Shown: positions 11,143 through 21,251, counted from the stretch's first letter. The stretch is DNA of 64,000 bases from an uncultured Nitrospiraceae bacterium (GCA_963811165.1 CAWEQH010000004.1:224001-288000); one strand, 5' to 3'. Notes: a model not told the origin generated them from the letters alone. Made by a program: numbers and translations.

Positions 11143-13023
11143 CTATTCTTTCAAACTCTGTATTATTCGCTCCACATCAGCCCTCTCAAGCATCTCTTCC
11201 TTCATCAGTCCCTCGGCAAGGGCATCAAGCGTATGTCTTTTCCCTGCCAATATTTCAGTCGCCCTTGACTCTGCATCGATGATAATTTTCTGGATCTCCT
11301 GGTCCATGAGCCAGGCCATCTCCTCGCTGTAACGCTTCGGGAGAGATAACTCCCTGCCCAGAAACGGATGTTCTTCTCCGCGTCCGAGATTTATAGGGCC
11401 GACCCTGTCACTCATCCCCCACTGAGCCACCATCTTCTCGGCCAATGAAGTCGCCTCTTTCAGGTCGTTCTGCGCGCCGCTGCTGCTGTCGTTAAAAACG
11501 ATCTTTTCTGCAACCCTTCCGGCGAGGGCCACACTCAATTTGTTCATGAGGTAGGAGCGCGGATAATAATGCCTGTCTTCTTCGGGCAGCAGCTGAGTGA
11601 CACCCATCGCCATTCCGCGCGGGATGATGCTCACCTTGTATATCGGGTCGGCGCCGGGAAGTTCCCACGCGACAAGGGTATGTCCTGCTTCGTGATATGC
11701 CGTTATTCGCTTTTCCGTATCGCTTATGGTCTCTTCTCTCACCGCCCCCATAAGGATAATGTCCTCTGCCTCCTCAAAGTCGTGCATGTCTATTTTCGTT
11801 TTGCTCTTTCTCAAGGCAACGAGTGCTGCCTCGTTTGTTAGATTCTCAAGGTCGGCGCCTGTCATGCCCGGGGTGCCCCTCGCCAGAGTCTCGAAATCGA
11901 CATTGTCCGCCAGCAACTTGCCTCTCACATGGATTTCAAGGATCGCCTTGCGTTCCTTCCAGCCCGGCCTGTCGATAACAACATGCCTGTCGAACCTCCC
12001 CGGCCTCAAAAGCGCGGGGTCCAGCACATCCGGCCTGTTGGTCGCAGCCATTACTATCACCTCTTCATGAGGGTCGAACCCGTCCATTTCACTCAAAAGC
12101 TGGTTCAGTGTCTGTTCCCTTTCATCATGTCCGCCTCCAAGCCCTGTGCCGCGTGTACGGCCTACCGCATCGATCTCGTCGATAAAAATAATGCTCGGAT
12201 GGGAATCCTTTGCCTTTTTGAACATGTCCCTGACGCGCGAGGCGCCTACTCCTACAAACATCTCTATGAACTCAGACGCGCTGATGCTGTAAAAAGGCAC
12301 CGCGGCCTCCCCTGCGGTTGCACGCGCAAGGAGGGTCTTGCCTGTTCCCGGAGGCCCGATCAGAAGCACCCCCTTTGGGACTTTGGCGCCTATTTTTTCG
12401 AACCTGGAAGGGTCTTTCAGGAACTCTATCGTCTCCCTCAGCTCCATCTTTACATTGTCCATCCCCGCAACGTCTTTAAAGGTCACACCCGTATTCTTTG
12501 CAACAAACAGTTTGGCCTTGCTCGCCCCGAATGTAAAGAGCCCTCCGGGGCCGCCCTGGATCTGCTGATTCCTCTTCGTCATCATGACCCAGAACCCGAT
12601 GATCAGCACCCACGGCAGGATTCCGATCACCATCTGCCAGAAATATCCCTGTTCAGCGGACTCCACGGTGATAACCACTTTTTTTGCCCTTAGTTGGGGC
12701 AGGAGTCCTTCACCCTGAAAGGCAGGCAGAACAGTCTCAAAGTATTTCACCTGGGCGGGTTTCTTCTCTCCCGGCAACTGCATGCTTACTTCTTTAGACA
12801 GCTCCCCGCTTACAAGCAGCTTTTTTATTGAAACGGATTTGATATTGCCTGCGTCTAATTGCTCCATGAACTGACTGTAATTTATCGTATAATGAGGAGG
12901 AGGACCGACGTTGAAAAAGCTATTCCATACTAATATAACAACTGAAGCTAAAAAAACCGCTGCAATGTACTTCCAATAGATACTAGGTATACCGCCAATG
13001 TTGTCTTTCTTATCTTCAGCCAC
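11143..13023 (-). CDS. ftsH: ATP-dependent zinc metalloprotease FtsH
   Basis: Two TM helices, [28 protein letters not shown]. Confidence 0.97.
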   Translation of the reverse strand: MAEDKKDNIGGIPSIYWKYIAAVFLASVVILVWNSFFNVGPPPHYTINYSQFMEQLDAGNIKSVSIKKLLVSGELSKEVSMQLPGEKKPAQVKYFETVLPAFQGEGLLPQLRAKKVVITVESAEQGYFWQMVIGILPWVLIIGFWVMMTKRNQQIQGGPGGLFTFGASKAKLFVAKNTGVTFKDVAGMDNVKMELRETIEFLKDPSRFEKIGAKVPKGVLLIGPPGTGKTLLARATAGEAAVPFYSISASEFIEMFVGVGASRVRDMFKKAKDSHPSIIFIDEIDAVGRTRGTGLGGGHDEREQTLNQLLSEMDGFDPHEEVIVMAATNRPDVLDPALLRPGRFDRHVVIDRPGWKERKAILEIHVRGKLLADNVDFETLARGTPGMTGADLENLTNEAALVALRKSKTKIDMHDFEEAEDIILMGAVREETISDTEKRITAYHEAGHTLVAWELPGADPIYKVSIIPRGMAMGVTQLLPEEDRHYYPRSYLMNKLSVALAGRVAEKIVFNDSSSGAQNDLKEATSLAEKMVAQWGMSDRVGPINLGRGEEHPFLGRELSLPKRYSEEMAWLMDQEIQKIIIDAESRATEILAGKRHTLDALAEGLMKEEMLERADVERIIQSLKE

Positions 13024-13088
13024 GCTTCATACCTGTTTCCACCCTTTCTGAGGAGCTCTTTTCGACTGTTTCCCTTTTATCAGTGCCT

Positions 13089-14564
13089 TCATGGACCAAT
13101 TTTCCTGAAATCGATAAATCCCCGTTCAACGTCTACAGATGTCAGCTGCACCCGAATCCTGTTGCCGACATCGAGGTCCTCGAAACCATGGACGACTCTC
13201 CCTTCGACAGGGACCGTGAGAAGCCGGGCCCATGTACCCTTAGCGGATGCGCCGGTCACGATAGCGTCAAACTGTTCCCCAATTCTGTGTTCCAGCAGCA
13301 TTGCCGCCGCGGATTTGCCTACCTGCCGTTCCACTTTGTTGGCGGCGTCTTCTTCTTCCGTGCAATGTTTCGCCAGGGCCTCAAGCCCGTCATTGTTATA
13401 CGGCAAAGGACTTCCTTCTATAGCGGCCTTCAACAGGCGTTGTGTGATAAGGTCGGTATACCGGCGATTAGGGGCAGTTGAATGGGTATAGTCCCTGACC
13501 GCAAGACCAAAGTGTCCCGGGGCGGTATCTCCCGGAAGTTCTGCAATGTATTCGCCGGCCCCCATAAGTTTGATAACAGCGAGGGAGAGATCGGGGAATC
13601 TTACCGGATCGGCTGCCTTTGCCTTTGTCAAGAAATCCTCCAGCGCCTTTGAATCCGGCGTATAGGGGAGCTTGAATCCATGTTCAGCAGCAAGCTCGAC
13701 AATCCGCTCCCATCGTTTTGGAGTTCGGACTACACGGCGGATGGAAGGGAATTTTTTTGACGAGAGATACCGTGCGGTCACGCCGTTTGCCCCTATCATG
13801 AAATCCTCGATAATGTCTTTTGCCTGGTTCCTTTTTTCGACTTCGAGATCGCGGATTTCATCGCCGTCAAATACCGGTCTCGCCTCAACCGTTTCAAAAC
13901 TAAGTGCACCATGCACATGCCGGAGGTTCTTCATGCTTTGCGCTGCCTTGTTCTGCAGGCGCAGATTCTCCTCAAGTCCTTTTACCGCAGCAGCAGCCTC
14001 AGGCAGACTTCCAGTGCCTTCAAGCCATGCGGCAACGCTGTTATAGGCGAGCTTCGCACGGTTTCGGACACGCGCCCTGTAGATATCGGAATCCCCTAAA
14101 GACCCGTCCGCTTCGATCACCATTTCGACAACGATTGCCATTCGGTCCTCGTTGAAATTCAGGGACGTGAGGTCAGTCGAAAGCTTCTCAGGAATCATCG
14201 GAAACATACTGCCGGCGGTATACACAGAGGTAGTATTATGGCGGGCGTGCTCGTCGATGGCCGAGCCGTTATTAACAAGCGCGTCCACGTCAGCCACGGC
14301 AACAAGTATCTTTATTTTGTTTCCCGGCAATGCCTCTGCAACGGTAAGCTGGTCCAGGTCGCGGGAATCATCATTATCGATGGAGGCCCATAGCAGGTCT
14401 CTTAGGTCACGGACCTGTTCACCCTCCACTGATGCAGGCGCCTGAATCCGTCCAAGTTCCGCGATTGCTTCGCTTGAAAAGTCAGGGAGCAGTCCCCTCT
14501 GAAGCATGGCCCTGTGCGCGATTCTCTGTAAAATAGCACGGTGTTGCTTATCATCGCTTTGCAT
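13089..14564 (-). CDS. RNB-domain exoribonuclease (RNase II/R family, short form)
   Basis: SIDNDDSRDLDQ catalytic motif, HFGL, YTHSTAPNRRY, C-terminal S1-like region. Confidence 0.92.
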   Translation of the reverse strand: MQSDDKQHRAILQRIAHRAMLQRGLLPDFSSEAIAELGRIQAPASVEGEQVRDLRDLLWASIDNDDSRDLDQLTVAEALPGNKIKILVAVADVDALVNNGSAIDEHARHNTTSVYTAGSMFPMIPEKLSTDLTSLNFNEDRMAIVVEMVIEADGSLGDSDIYRARVRNRAKLAYNSVAAWLEGTGSLPEAAAAVKGLEENLRLQNKAAQSMKNLRHVHGALSFETVEARPVFDGDEIRDLEVEKRNQAKDIIEDFMIGANGVTARYLSSKKFPSIRRVVRTPKRWERIVELAAEHGFKLPYTPDSKALEDFLTKAKAADPVRFPDLSLAVIKLMGAGEYIAELPGDTAPGHFGLAVRDYTHSTAPNRRYTDLITQRLLKAAIEGSPLPYNNDGLEALAKHCTEEEDAANKVERQVGKSAAAMLLEHRIGEQFDAIVTGASAKGTWARLLTVPVEGRVVHGFEDLDVGNRIRVQLTSVDVERGFIDFRKIGP

Positions 14565-14652
14565 AAATTGCTTACCTCGTTCCTATTTTAACAGTCACTC
14601 ATATTACATATCAGCAAACTATACTCATCAAAAGCCTGAAGGCTCCCTTTCA

Positions 14653-15102
14653 TCACCTCCTCACAATAAGTATCGGGATTTTTGTTTCTTTGTGCATTAC
14701 GCCATAGGTGACACTGCCGAGGACCGCAACCGCCAGAGCGCTCTTCCCGTGAGAACCCATAATAATCAGACTTACCTTTGCCTTAGCAGCCTCTTTCACA
14801 ATACCCTCGACAGGGTGCCCAGCCGTTATAACAGTCTTTGATGAGACTCCATTTTTATCGCAGAGCTTCTTTATTTCTCCGGCATACCCTTCGGCAGCCT
14901 CTCTCAGATAATCCTCGATAGGCTCTATTACATGCCTTGCAGCCGTCCTCGCGGGGACTGTCTGGCCCATAAATGAGCGCTTATCAATAACGCTCAGGAC
15001 AATTACCGAGGCCTTTAACTGTTTTGCGAGGTCAACCGCATACTTGGCTGCCTTTTGAGCCGTCTTTGACCCGTCCGTCGGAACAAGAATCTTTGAAATC
15101 AT
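14653..15102 (-). CDS. Universal stress protein
   Basis: KILVPTDGS...GHP...IIMGSHG...LGSV...PILIV. Confidence 0.93.
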   Translation of the reverse strand: MISKILVPTDGSKTAQKAAKYAVDLAKQLKASVIVLSVIDKRSFMGQTVPARTAARHVIEPIEDYLREAAEGYAGEIKKLCDKNGVSSKTVITAGHPVEGIVKEAAKAKVSLIIMGSHGKSALAVAVLGSVTYGVMHKETKIPILIVRR

Positions 15103-15221
15103 ATGTCCTCCTTTACTACAGTGAATTCCTCAAGGATTGGTTCATAAAAAATATTTTTTGCCTTTTCAGCTTCTTACTATAGAAGTTTGTTTATTCTTAG
15201 ACAACCTCATTCTAAGGAGAG

Positions 15222-15255
15222 AGGTTGCTGCCCCGCCGTGGCGGGGCAGCAACCT
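15222..15255. terminator. Perfect 16-bp inverted repeat (terminator or mRNA-stabilising hairpin)
   Basis: AGGTTGCTGCCCCGCC-GT-GGCGGGGCAGCAACCT just downstream of the Q-rich gene. No clear U-tract. Confidence 0.6.
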
Positions 15256-15297
15256 AGAGCCTATTTGAACTCCTTGATAGTCAGCTGGCTACATACT

Positions 15298-16146
15298 CTA
15301 CTTTCTATCCTGTTTTTCTTCCTCTCCTCTTCCGGGCTTTCCCCCTTGAGGTTTGGATTGTCTCGGTTGCTGGCCCTGAGTTTTTTGCTCACGTTTTTGA
15401 ACTTTCTCCTGAGGCTGTCTTTGTTGCCGCTGGACTTTCTCCTGAGGTCGTATCTGTTTCTGTTGAACCTGAGGTCTTTGCTGTAGTCTCTCTTGCTGCT
15501 TTTGCTGCACCCGAGGTTGTTTTTGCTGCCGCTGAACTTTCTCCTGAGTTTGTATCTGTTTTTGTTGAACCTGAGGTTTTCGCTGTAGTTTCTGTTGCCG
15601 CTGTTGCTGAACCTGGGGTTGCTTCTGTTGATATTGCTGTTGCCTTTGTTGTCTTAGTTCCTGTCTCTGTTGTTGCGGGCGAGGTTGATAGCTCTGTACG
15701 CCCCAGGTTCCCTGCCTTTCCCAATGCCGGTCATTTTTCCAGCTCTTCCAGTTCCGTTGAAGTCCTCGGTAAGGAATCCGTTCATAGTTCCACCGGTGCC
15801 CGTGCCAATCATGGTCCCTGTAGTATCCTCTCCAACCCGGGTCTATATCAAAATAAAAGCTTGGGACATTGTTATAATAACCCCAGCCCCGGTCATAATA
15901 ATGTGAACGATACCAGCGACCTTCCCATAGACGCCACCACCAGCCATTCCAGAAAAACAGGTCTACATCAATGTCAGGATCAACGTACACATCGCTCGTA
16001 TCAGGCATCACTATCACATCTGGTGGTGCAGCAAATTCGATGGGCGGCAGAGAAATACCAACGTTTATATTTACTGCTGCCGTCGTTGGAATAGGAACTA
16101 CAATTAGCAATGCCAAAAGCAATATTCCCAAAAATAACTTTTTCAT
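15298..16146 (-). CDS. Secreted protein with W/Y/R-rich domain and Q-rich repetitive tail
   Basis: Signal peptide MKKLFLG..., VNINVGISLP, W/Y-rich core, C-terminal Gln-rich repeats. GGAGG RBS. Confidence 0.8.
   Translation of the reverse strand: MKKLFLGILLLALLIVVPIPTTAAVNINVGISLPPIEFAAPPDVIVMPDTSDVYVDPDIDVDLFFWNGWWWRLWEGRWYRSHYYDRGWGYYNNVPSFYFDIDPGWRGYYRDHDWHGHRWNYERIPYRGLQRNWKSWKNDRHWERQGTWGVQSYQPRPQQQRQELRQQRQQQYQQKQPQVQQQRQQKLQRKPQVQQKQIQTQEKVQRQQKQPRVQQKQQERLQQRPQVQQKQIRPQEKVQRQQRQPQEKVQKREQKTQGQQPRQSKPQGGKPGRGEEEKQDRK
15415..15630. repeat. ~102-bp imperfect tandem repeat encoding the Q-rich tail
   Basis: ACTTTCTCCTGAG at 15434 and 15536 (offset 102 = 34 aa), plus a partial third copy at 15401. 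Confidence 0.8.
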
Positions 16147-16184
16147 TTTGTTGCCTCCTTTACAGATCACTGTTTTGTCTCCCA

Positions 16185-16406
16185 TCAGCCCTTCTTGTTC
16201 CCCATGACCAGCAATAGAATGCCACCTACGAGCGCGGCCCCTCCTACGATTGGCGGCAGGGGAAGCGTTTTCGTCTTATCAGCAGTCACCTGGATCGGAC
16301 CGAGATCGACGACCTTCTCCCTGGTCGTGTAGGTGATGCCCTGATACGCGAAAGCGACGATTCCTATCACGATAAGGATGATGCCTGCCACCGTGTACGT
16401 TTTCAT
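16185..16406 (-). CDS. DUF3185-like small membrane protein
   Basis: GIILIVIGIVAFAYQGITYTTREKVVDLGP...LPLPP pattern. Confidence 0.8.
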   Translation of the reverse strand: MKTYTVAGIILIVIGIVAFAYQGITYTTREKVVDLGPIQVTADKTKTLPLPPIVGGAALVGGILLLVMGNKKG

Positions 16407-16458
16407 TTTAGCTCCCCTTTCCAGTTTGTCTTAAGTCCACTTGATCCAAAGTCCATGC

Positions 16459-17229
16459 CTATTTGGACTCCTCGATAGTCATCTGGTTCTCCACGTTCTT
16501 CACGCCCTTTATGTCTTTGACGAGTTTGGCGGCCAGGTCCCTTTCGGCTGCATTCCTCGCCTTCCCACTCAACGTGACCACGCCATGCATTGTCCTGACC
16601 TTGGTGTACAGTGCACTGGTCGAGCGATGGAACAGCAACGCCATTTTGACCTGGGCGGTAATGGAGGCGTCATCGATCTGTTCAATAAATGTTCGGGATG
16701 TGCTTCCCGAGGTATCTGACACTGTCATCTCATTTTGTACGTCTTTGACCCCTTCGACATCCTTGGCGTATTCGGTCGTCAGGTCCTTCTCTGCCTGGCT
16801 CGTTGCCTCGCCCTGCAGGGTCACGATTCCGTCTTTGGTGCTGACCTCCGTCTTGGCACTCACATTCTGATGAAGCAGGAGCGCGGCCTTAACTTTCGTA
16901 CTGAGCCACGCATCCGACTTCTCGGCGGGGTGATCACCTTTGACTTCCAGCTTGTTGTCCACGCTTTTCACGCCGGGCAGCTCCGCCACGGTCTCCTGGG
17001 CCAATGATTTATGGGATTCTTCCGAGACAGTGCCCGTCAAGGTGACGACGCCATCCTTAGAATGGATTTTAATGTCATCACCCTTGAGGTAGGTCTTGAA
17101 TACATACGATTTCTCGGCGGATGCCTGGATGCGATCATCCATCGTGGCCGCCCGCACAGGCACGCCGGTCACCAACAGAACGACCGCAGCCACCATAAGC
17201 GCGGCAGAATATATTGCTTCCATTTTCAT
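16459..17229 (-). CDS. BON-domain protein (3 BON domains, OsmY-like)
   Basis: Three DG/HG-V-V-T-L-x-G...GVKxVxN repeats and a signal peptide. Confidence 0.92.
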   Translation of the reverse strand: MKMEAIYSAALMVAAVVLLVTGVPVRAATMDDRIQASAEKSYVFKTYLKGDDIKIHSKDGVVTLTGTVSEESHKSLAQETVAELPGVKSVDNKLEVKGDHPAEKSDAWLSTKVKAALLLHQNVSAKTEVSTKDGIVTLQGEATSQAEKDLTTEYAKDVEGVKDVQNEMTVSDTSGSTSRTFIEQIDDASITAQVKMALLFHRSTSALYTKVRTMHGVVTLSGKARNAAERDLAAKLVKDIKGVKNVENQMTIEESK

Positions 17230-17271
17230 TGTACTTTCTCCCTTAATGTTGTTGCGTTTTGTGCCGGCTTA

Positions 17272-17784
17272 TCATTTTTTCATCTTCATGCCGCGCTCAT
17301 TGTCGTACTTCATTCCCATCCCTTCCATCATCGGCTCGCCCTCCATCATCTCTCTTAACTTCTGCCGCTGCTCAGGTGTCAGTTTGGCTTTGCATTCTTC
17401 CATGGCCTTTATGTGGGAAAGCTGCATTTCGGTCTTCATCGCCTCCAACTGTTTCACTTTTGCCTCAACTGCCTTCATATCCACGGTGTCCTGCATGAGA
17501 AGGTCCTTGAGCTCAATCTGGGCAATATGCATGTCTGCCTTTCTTCTGATTGTCTCTTTCATCATCCTGCTCTTGATCTCACGCATGAAAGCCTTCTGCT
17601 GATCATCAAGGTTCAGGTCCTTAATAATTTTCGACATGTGATGTTCGGCGTCCATCATCATCCCATCCATGCCGCAGCCACACATCATTCCTGCTCCCAT
17701 CCCACGACCGCCCATGTCTCCATAAGCAAGAGCTGCAAACGCAAGGATCGAAACTGCTGCAAATATTGCTGCAAACTTTTTCAT
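17272..17784 (-). CDS. Spy/CpxP-family periplasmic chaperone
   Basis: Signal peptide, Met-rich, LNLDDQQ and LTPEQR motifs. Confidence 0.88.
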   Translation of the reverse strand: MKKFAAIFAAVSILAFAALAYGDMGGRGMGAGMMCGCGMDGMMMDAEHHMSKIIKDLNLDDQQKAFMREIKSRMMKETIRRKADMHIAQIELKDLLMQDTVDMKAVEAKVKQLEAMKTEMQLSHIKAMEECKAKLTPEQRQKLREMMEGEPMMEGMGMKYDNERGMKMKK

Positions 17785-17910
17785 ATCAAATCTCCTTTTA
17801 ATTTTTCCGAGTGTCCGTTGGTAAATACGACGGAAGATCGAATGTATGTTATTCCCATTGAGTGCCTGTTCAGTCTCTTCACCTCTCCATATAAATCCAT
17901 GAAAGAGTTC

Positions 17911-18090
17911 CTACGACTTCGATTGTGATGAAATGGATTCCAAAAACCAGCACTCCTGCCAATTAAACCAATACTCTTTGTCCCCAGATGATATTTTAAT
18001 GATTGAACTATCTCCGCCTTTGTAGACCGCATTCCTGATTTCCATGTTTGGAATGTCCTTATCTTTCCAGTGGATAACCATGGTTGCCAT
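17911..18090 (-). CDS. Small hypothetical protein (59 aa, not in ORF track)
   Basis: MATMVIHWKDKDIPNMEIRNAVYKGGDSSIIKISSGDKEYWFNWQECWFLESISSQSKS, with GGAGAAAGGG RBS, in operon context. Confidence 0.7.
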   Translation of the reverse strand: MATMVIHWKDKDIPNMEIRNAVYKGGDSSIIKISSGDKEYWFNWQECWFLESISSQSKS

Positions 18091-18108
18091 CCCTTTCTCC
18101 TTTCGAAG

Positions 18109-18300
18109 CTACCTCCCAATACGAATCGTTGAGAGGTTTGATATGAGTCCGAAGACACTCAATAACCATATAATCACAACAATAATCACTACCACATTCA
18201 ATATTTTCTTTATGGTAGACTGCATCGGTATGTAGCTGTTAATCACCCATAGAATCACTCCAACGACAACCAACACAATGACTAATTGAATCAACGGCAT
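18109..18300 (-). CDS. Thivi_2564-like two-TM membrane protein
   Basis: MPLIQLVIVLVVVGVILWVINSYIPMQSTIKKILNVVV...WLL. Confidence 0.82.
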   Translation of the reverse strand: MPLIQLVIVLVVVGVILWVINSYIPMQSTIKKILNVVVIIVVIIWLLSVFGLISNLSTIRIGR

Positions 18301-18434
18301 GGTATTTCTCCTTTCATGCTGCGCATTGTAGGAAAAGAGATACTGTCCCTTCTCCACAGATGCAGTCTCATGTCACAAAACTCGCAGTTGAAGGGGCACC
18401 CCGGGAAGTCGGGATAAATGAGGAGTGCTTTCAC
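18291..18434 (-). pseudogene. Internally deleted remnant of a B12 radical SAM gene (47-codon mini-ORF)
   Basis: VKALLIYPDFP|GCPFNCEFCD matches residues 1-11 and the CxxxCxxC loop of the 9050-10540 protein. Confidence 0.8.
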
Positions 18435-18452
18435 GGAATGCCCCTTATCCAC

Positions 18453-18995
18453 CTACTTTTTCTCTTCGATCTTCAAGAGGCTCTTCACGGATTTCACACC
18501 CTTGATTTCCCTGATCTTTGCCACAAGCCGTGACTCGGTCTCTCTGCTGTTCACAAAACCCTGAAGAACAACATCTCCCTGTGTTGTCGTCACATCGATC
18601 TTGAAATAATGAGCATCCGGGTCTTTGATTATATCCGCATTAACCTTTGTGGTTATCATCGAGTCATCTATATATTCACCCGCTGTATCGCCCTTAAGCT
18701 TCAGTAGGCTTTTAACAGATTTCACGCCCTCGATTTGCCTGATCTTTGCTACAATCCGGTCCTCAGCCGTTCTGTCGTGTATGGAACCCTGGAGAACAAC
18801 GTTCCCATCTGTAGAGGTTACATCGATCTTTAGATACTTGGCGTCCTGGTCTTTGACGATTATGTCATTCACTTTCGTGGTAATGGTCGCGTCATCGACA
18901 TGTTCGCCTGCCGTCCTGCCCGTCATCGTGGCGCAGCCCGAAAACAAGGCCGATCCAATAACCATTAACATTGCCATAAAAATAACCTTCTTCAT
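18453..18995 (-). CDS. BON-domain lipoprotein (2 BON domains)
   Basis: LFSGC lipobox and two DD..ITTKV...G.VVLQG...GVKSVKS repeats. Confidence 0.9.
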   Translation of the reverse strand: MKKVIFMAMLMVIGSALFSGCATMTGRTAGEHVDDATITTKVNDIIVKDQDAKYLKIDVTSTDGNVVLQGSIHDRTAEDRIVAKIRQIEGVKSVKSLLKLKGDTAGEYIDDSMITTKVNADIIKDPDAHYFKIDVTTTQGDVVLQGFVNSRETESRLVAKIREIKGVKSVKSLLKIEEKK

Positions 18996-19110
18996 TTCTC
19001 TCCTCCTGTTTTTAGATGTGCAATCATCAGATTGCAATGTTATTAAATATAGCCAGGGCGAATTACTACCTTCACATCATTTACACAGGCCTGCGTCCCC
19101 GGCCGCAAAT

Positions 19111-19674
19111 CTACCTATACCGATCCAGATCCCTTTCCAATGAATCGAGCCTGCGGGAAGTGTCTGCGCTCTCCTCGTACGTTGGGTATCTGCCTCCTTC
19201 CGTCATCCGCAAATAATCACGCCGAATGGAGTCCAGTCTGGATTGAAATTCCCGCTCATCTGTCAGAGGCAAACGCCTGCTGATTCTTCCATCATCAATT
19301 CTCCTTTGGAGTGCGACAATCCTGTCCCCATTAGCTGGTTCTTCAATTCTTGTGGTCCGGGACATCGCCCTGTTGATCTCATCTCCAAGCGCATCAAGTC
19401 TTCCAAGAAGGCTTTCCCACTCGTTCCGGTAGACCCTTTTTTCTCTCAGCGCCTCATAGTCTGTTCGAATACCCTTCAGTCTCGTCAGGAATATCTGGGA
19501 CTGATCGGGGGTAAGCGCGCCGCTTTTCAGCCCGTCCCCAATCTTCTCCTGGATTACAACCATCTTGTTCTCCGCATTTCTTTCATAATCCGGCCATGTC
19601 TGGGTAGTAGCGCAGCCCGAAAACAGGGCCAATCCCAAAACCATTAACACTGCCATAAAAATGACCTTCTTCAT
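19111..19674 (-). CDS. Helical hypothetical lipoprotein
   Basis: LFSGC lipobox, two related helical halves (I.DG...G.L). Confidence 0.78.
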   Translation of the reverse strand: MKKVIFMAVLMVLGLALFSGCATTQTWPDYERNAENKMVVIQEKIGDGLKSGALTPDQSQIFLTRLKGIRTDYEALREKRVYRNEWESLLGRLDALGDEINRAMSRTTRIEEPANGDRIVALQRRIDDGRISRRLPLTDEREFQSRLDSIRRDYLRMTEGGRYPTYEESADTSRRLDSLERDLDRYR

Positions 19675-19737
19675 TTCTCTCCTCCCTTCTTTAGCAGGGG
19701 CGCATTGCAATACGCCCCTGCGGGTCTGTCTGCGTTT

Positions 19738-20520
19738 CTATTCCACAATTACTTCAAAGTGAACTCTCCGGTTATTCTTCATACACGTACTGTTCTTATT
19801 AGAGGGAGTAGGCTCCTCAACACAGAGCGGCCTTGTCTTACCATAGCTGATTGTCGTCATCTTCTCGGCAGCGATACCCTGATTTGCAAGGTACTCCTTC
19901 ACTGAATTAGCCCTTCGTTCGCCGAGTGCCATATTGTAGTCTTCGGACCCATGCGCACAGGTATGTCCTTCGATCTGGACCTTTATGCCCGGGTTTTCTT
20001 TCATTGTCTTTATGTCGCTGTCGAGAATACCCGTTGCGACTTTCGTAAGGGTCGCCTTATTAAAATCGAAATGTATGTCCTCAAGGGTTATCTTCACGGC
20101 CTCGACAACCGGAGCAGGCGGAGGCGGTGTAGGCTCTGGTGCCGGTGGCGGGGTTACAGGCTCAGGCTTGGGTTCGGGCTTTACCTCAGCGACCGGTTTG
20201 GCCGGGCAAAGTGCCTTAATTTTCGCAATTGCATCATTGGCCATATCGATCGCTTCCAGCGTATGGCACGACCTGTAGACATCATAGGCCTCGTCTACCT
20301 TGGCCTTAAGCGCATTAAATTCTGTCGGACATTCCTTATCTTTGCCCGCCGCGCGAGCTTCATCCAGGGCCCGGTCTGCTTTGACTAATGCCGTGGGATA
20401 ATACAAATAGCCATCTCTGTATTCCGGTCTTTTCTCCATACCGGAACACCCAACAATTAAACTCATGGAAAAAATTGCAATTACGAACATAAACACTCTC
20501 TTTACAGTTATTGCCTGCAT
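19738..20520 (-). CDS. OmpA/Pal-family peptidoglycan-binding lipoprotein
   Basis: IVGC lipobox, Pro-rich linker, IHFDFNK, EGHT, YNMALGERRA, NRRVHF. Confidence 0.93.
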   Translation of the reverse strand: MQAITVKRVFMFVIAIFSMSLIVGCSGMEKRPEYRDGYLYYPTALVKADRALDEARAAGKDKECPTEFNALKAKVDEAYDVYRSCHTLEAIDMANDAIAKIKALCPAKPVAEVKPEPKPEPVTPPPAPEPTPPPPAPVVEAVKITLEDIHFDFNKATLTKVATGILDSDIKTMKENPGIKVQIEGHTCAHGSEDYNMALGERRANSVKEYLANQGIAAEKMTTISYGKTRPLCVEEPTPSNKNSTCMKNNRRVHFEVIVE

Positions 20521-20641
20521 CCTTAGACCTCCTTCACAAAGTTTGTTGTTTTCACAGCCTCAATATGCCCCTAAATAATGCTTCTTCATTCACACCCCCT
20601 AGCACCAGCTTTTCCTCCTCTGCCCCAGCGGGAAAATAATG

Positions 20642-20782
20642 TTATCCTCTCCGAAAGAGTCCTACCACCAGCACAATGACTGCTACGACTAGCAAAATAT
20701 GGATGAATCCGCCCATCGTGTAACTGCTTACCAGCCCCAACAGCCAAAGTATCACGAGTATCACAAAGATCGTCCAAATCAT
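20642..20782 (-). CDS. lmo0937-family small membrane protein (46 aa, not in ORF track)
   Basis: MIWTIFVILVILWLLGLVSSYTMGGFIHILLVVAVIVLVVGLFRRG, with GGAGG RBS. Confidence 0.85.
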   Translation of the reverse strand: MIWTIFVILVILWLLGLVSSYTMGGFIHILLVVAVIVLVVGLFRRG

Positions 20783-20865
20783 AACAACCTCCTTTTGTTA
20801 TATGACATCATGCCTCACGCGTTTGCATCGAACCCGGTAGCATATCCTTCCCGCTCTCATAGCGA

Positions 20866-21207
20866 TCACCGTACCCTGCTGTCCAGGACGTCTTCTATGG
20901 CCTCCATCCCTGCCGTGTGTGACACAGTGTTGAACTGCAGTTCGGGTCGCTCGCTCAGGAGATCCATGAGCGCGAGCAACTGCCGCTGATTGTCCGTACG
21001 GAGGTGGCCCTCAAGATCTTTCTGTGTCTTCCATTCCTCCACCAGGACAAAGGTGTTTGCGTCTTCTACGTCTTCATAGAGACGATAACTCATGCAGCCC
21101 CTTTCGACCCGCACGGGTTCGATTATCCCCCGCATCGTTTCCAAAAGATCATTCCGCCTTTCAGGCCGGACAATCATTCTTAATGTTACAAGTATCTTCG
21201 TGTCCAT
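20866..21207 (-). CDS. ABM-domain protein (putative quinol monooxygenase)
   Basis: RVERGCMSYRLYED...FVLVEEW...HL pattern. Confidence 0.85.
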   Translation of the reverse strand: MDTKILVTLRMIVRPERRNDLLETMRGIIEPVRVERGCMSYRLYEDVEDANTFVLVEEWKTQKDLEGHLRTDNQRQLLALMDLLSERPELQFNTVSHTAGMEAIEDVLDSRVR

Positions 21208-21251
21208 CTGGCCTACTTTATACAGAGACCAGATCCAGATCTATTACCGGC

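Noticed and set aside
17781..18158. 125-aa ORF from the track
   Set aside because: No RBS or motif. The overlapping 59-aa ORF 17911-18090 has a strong RBS and more protein-like composition.
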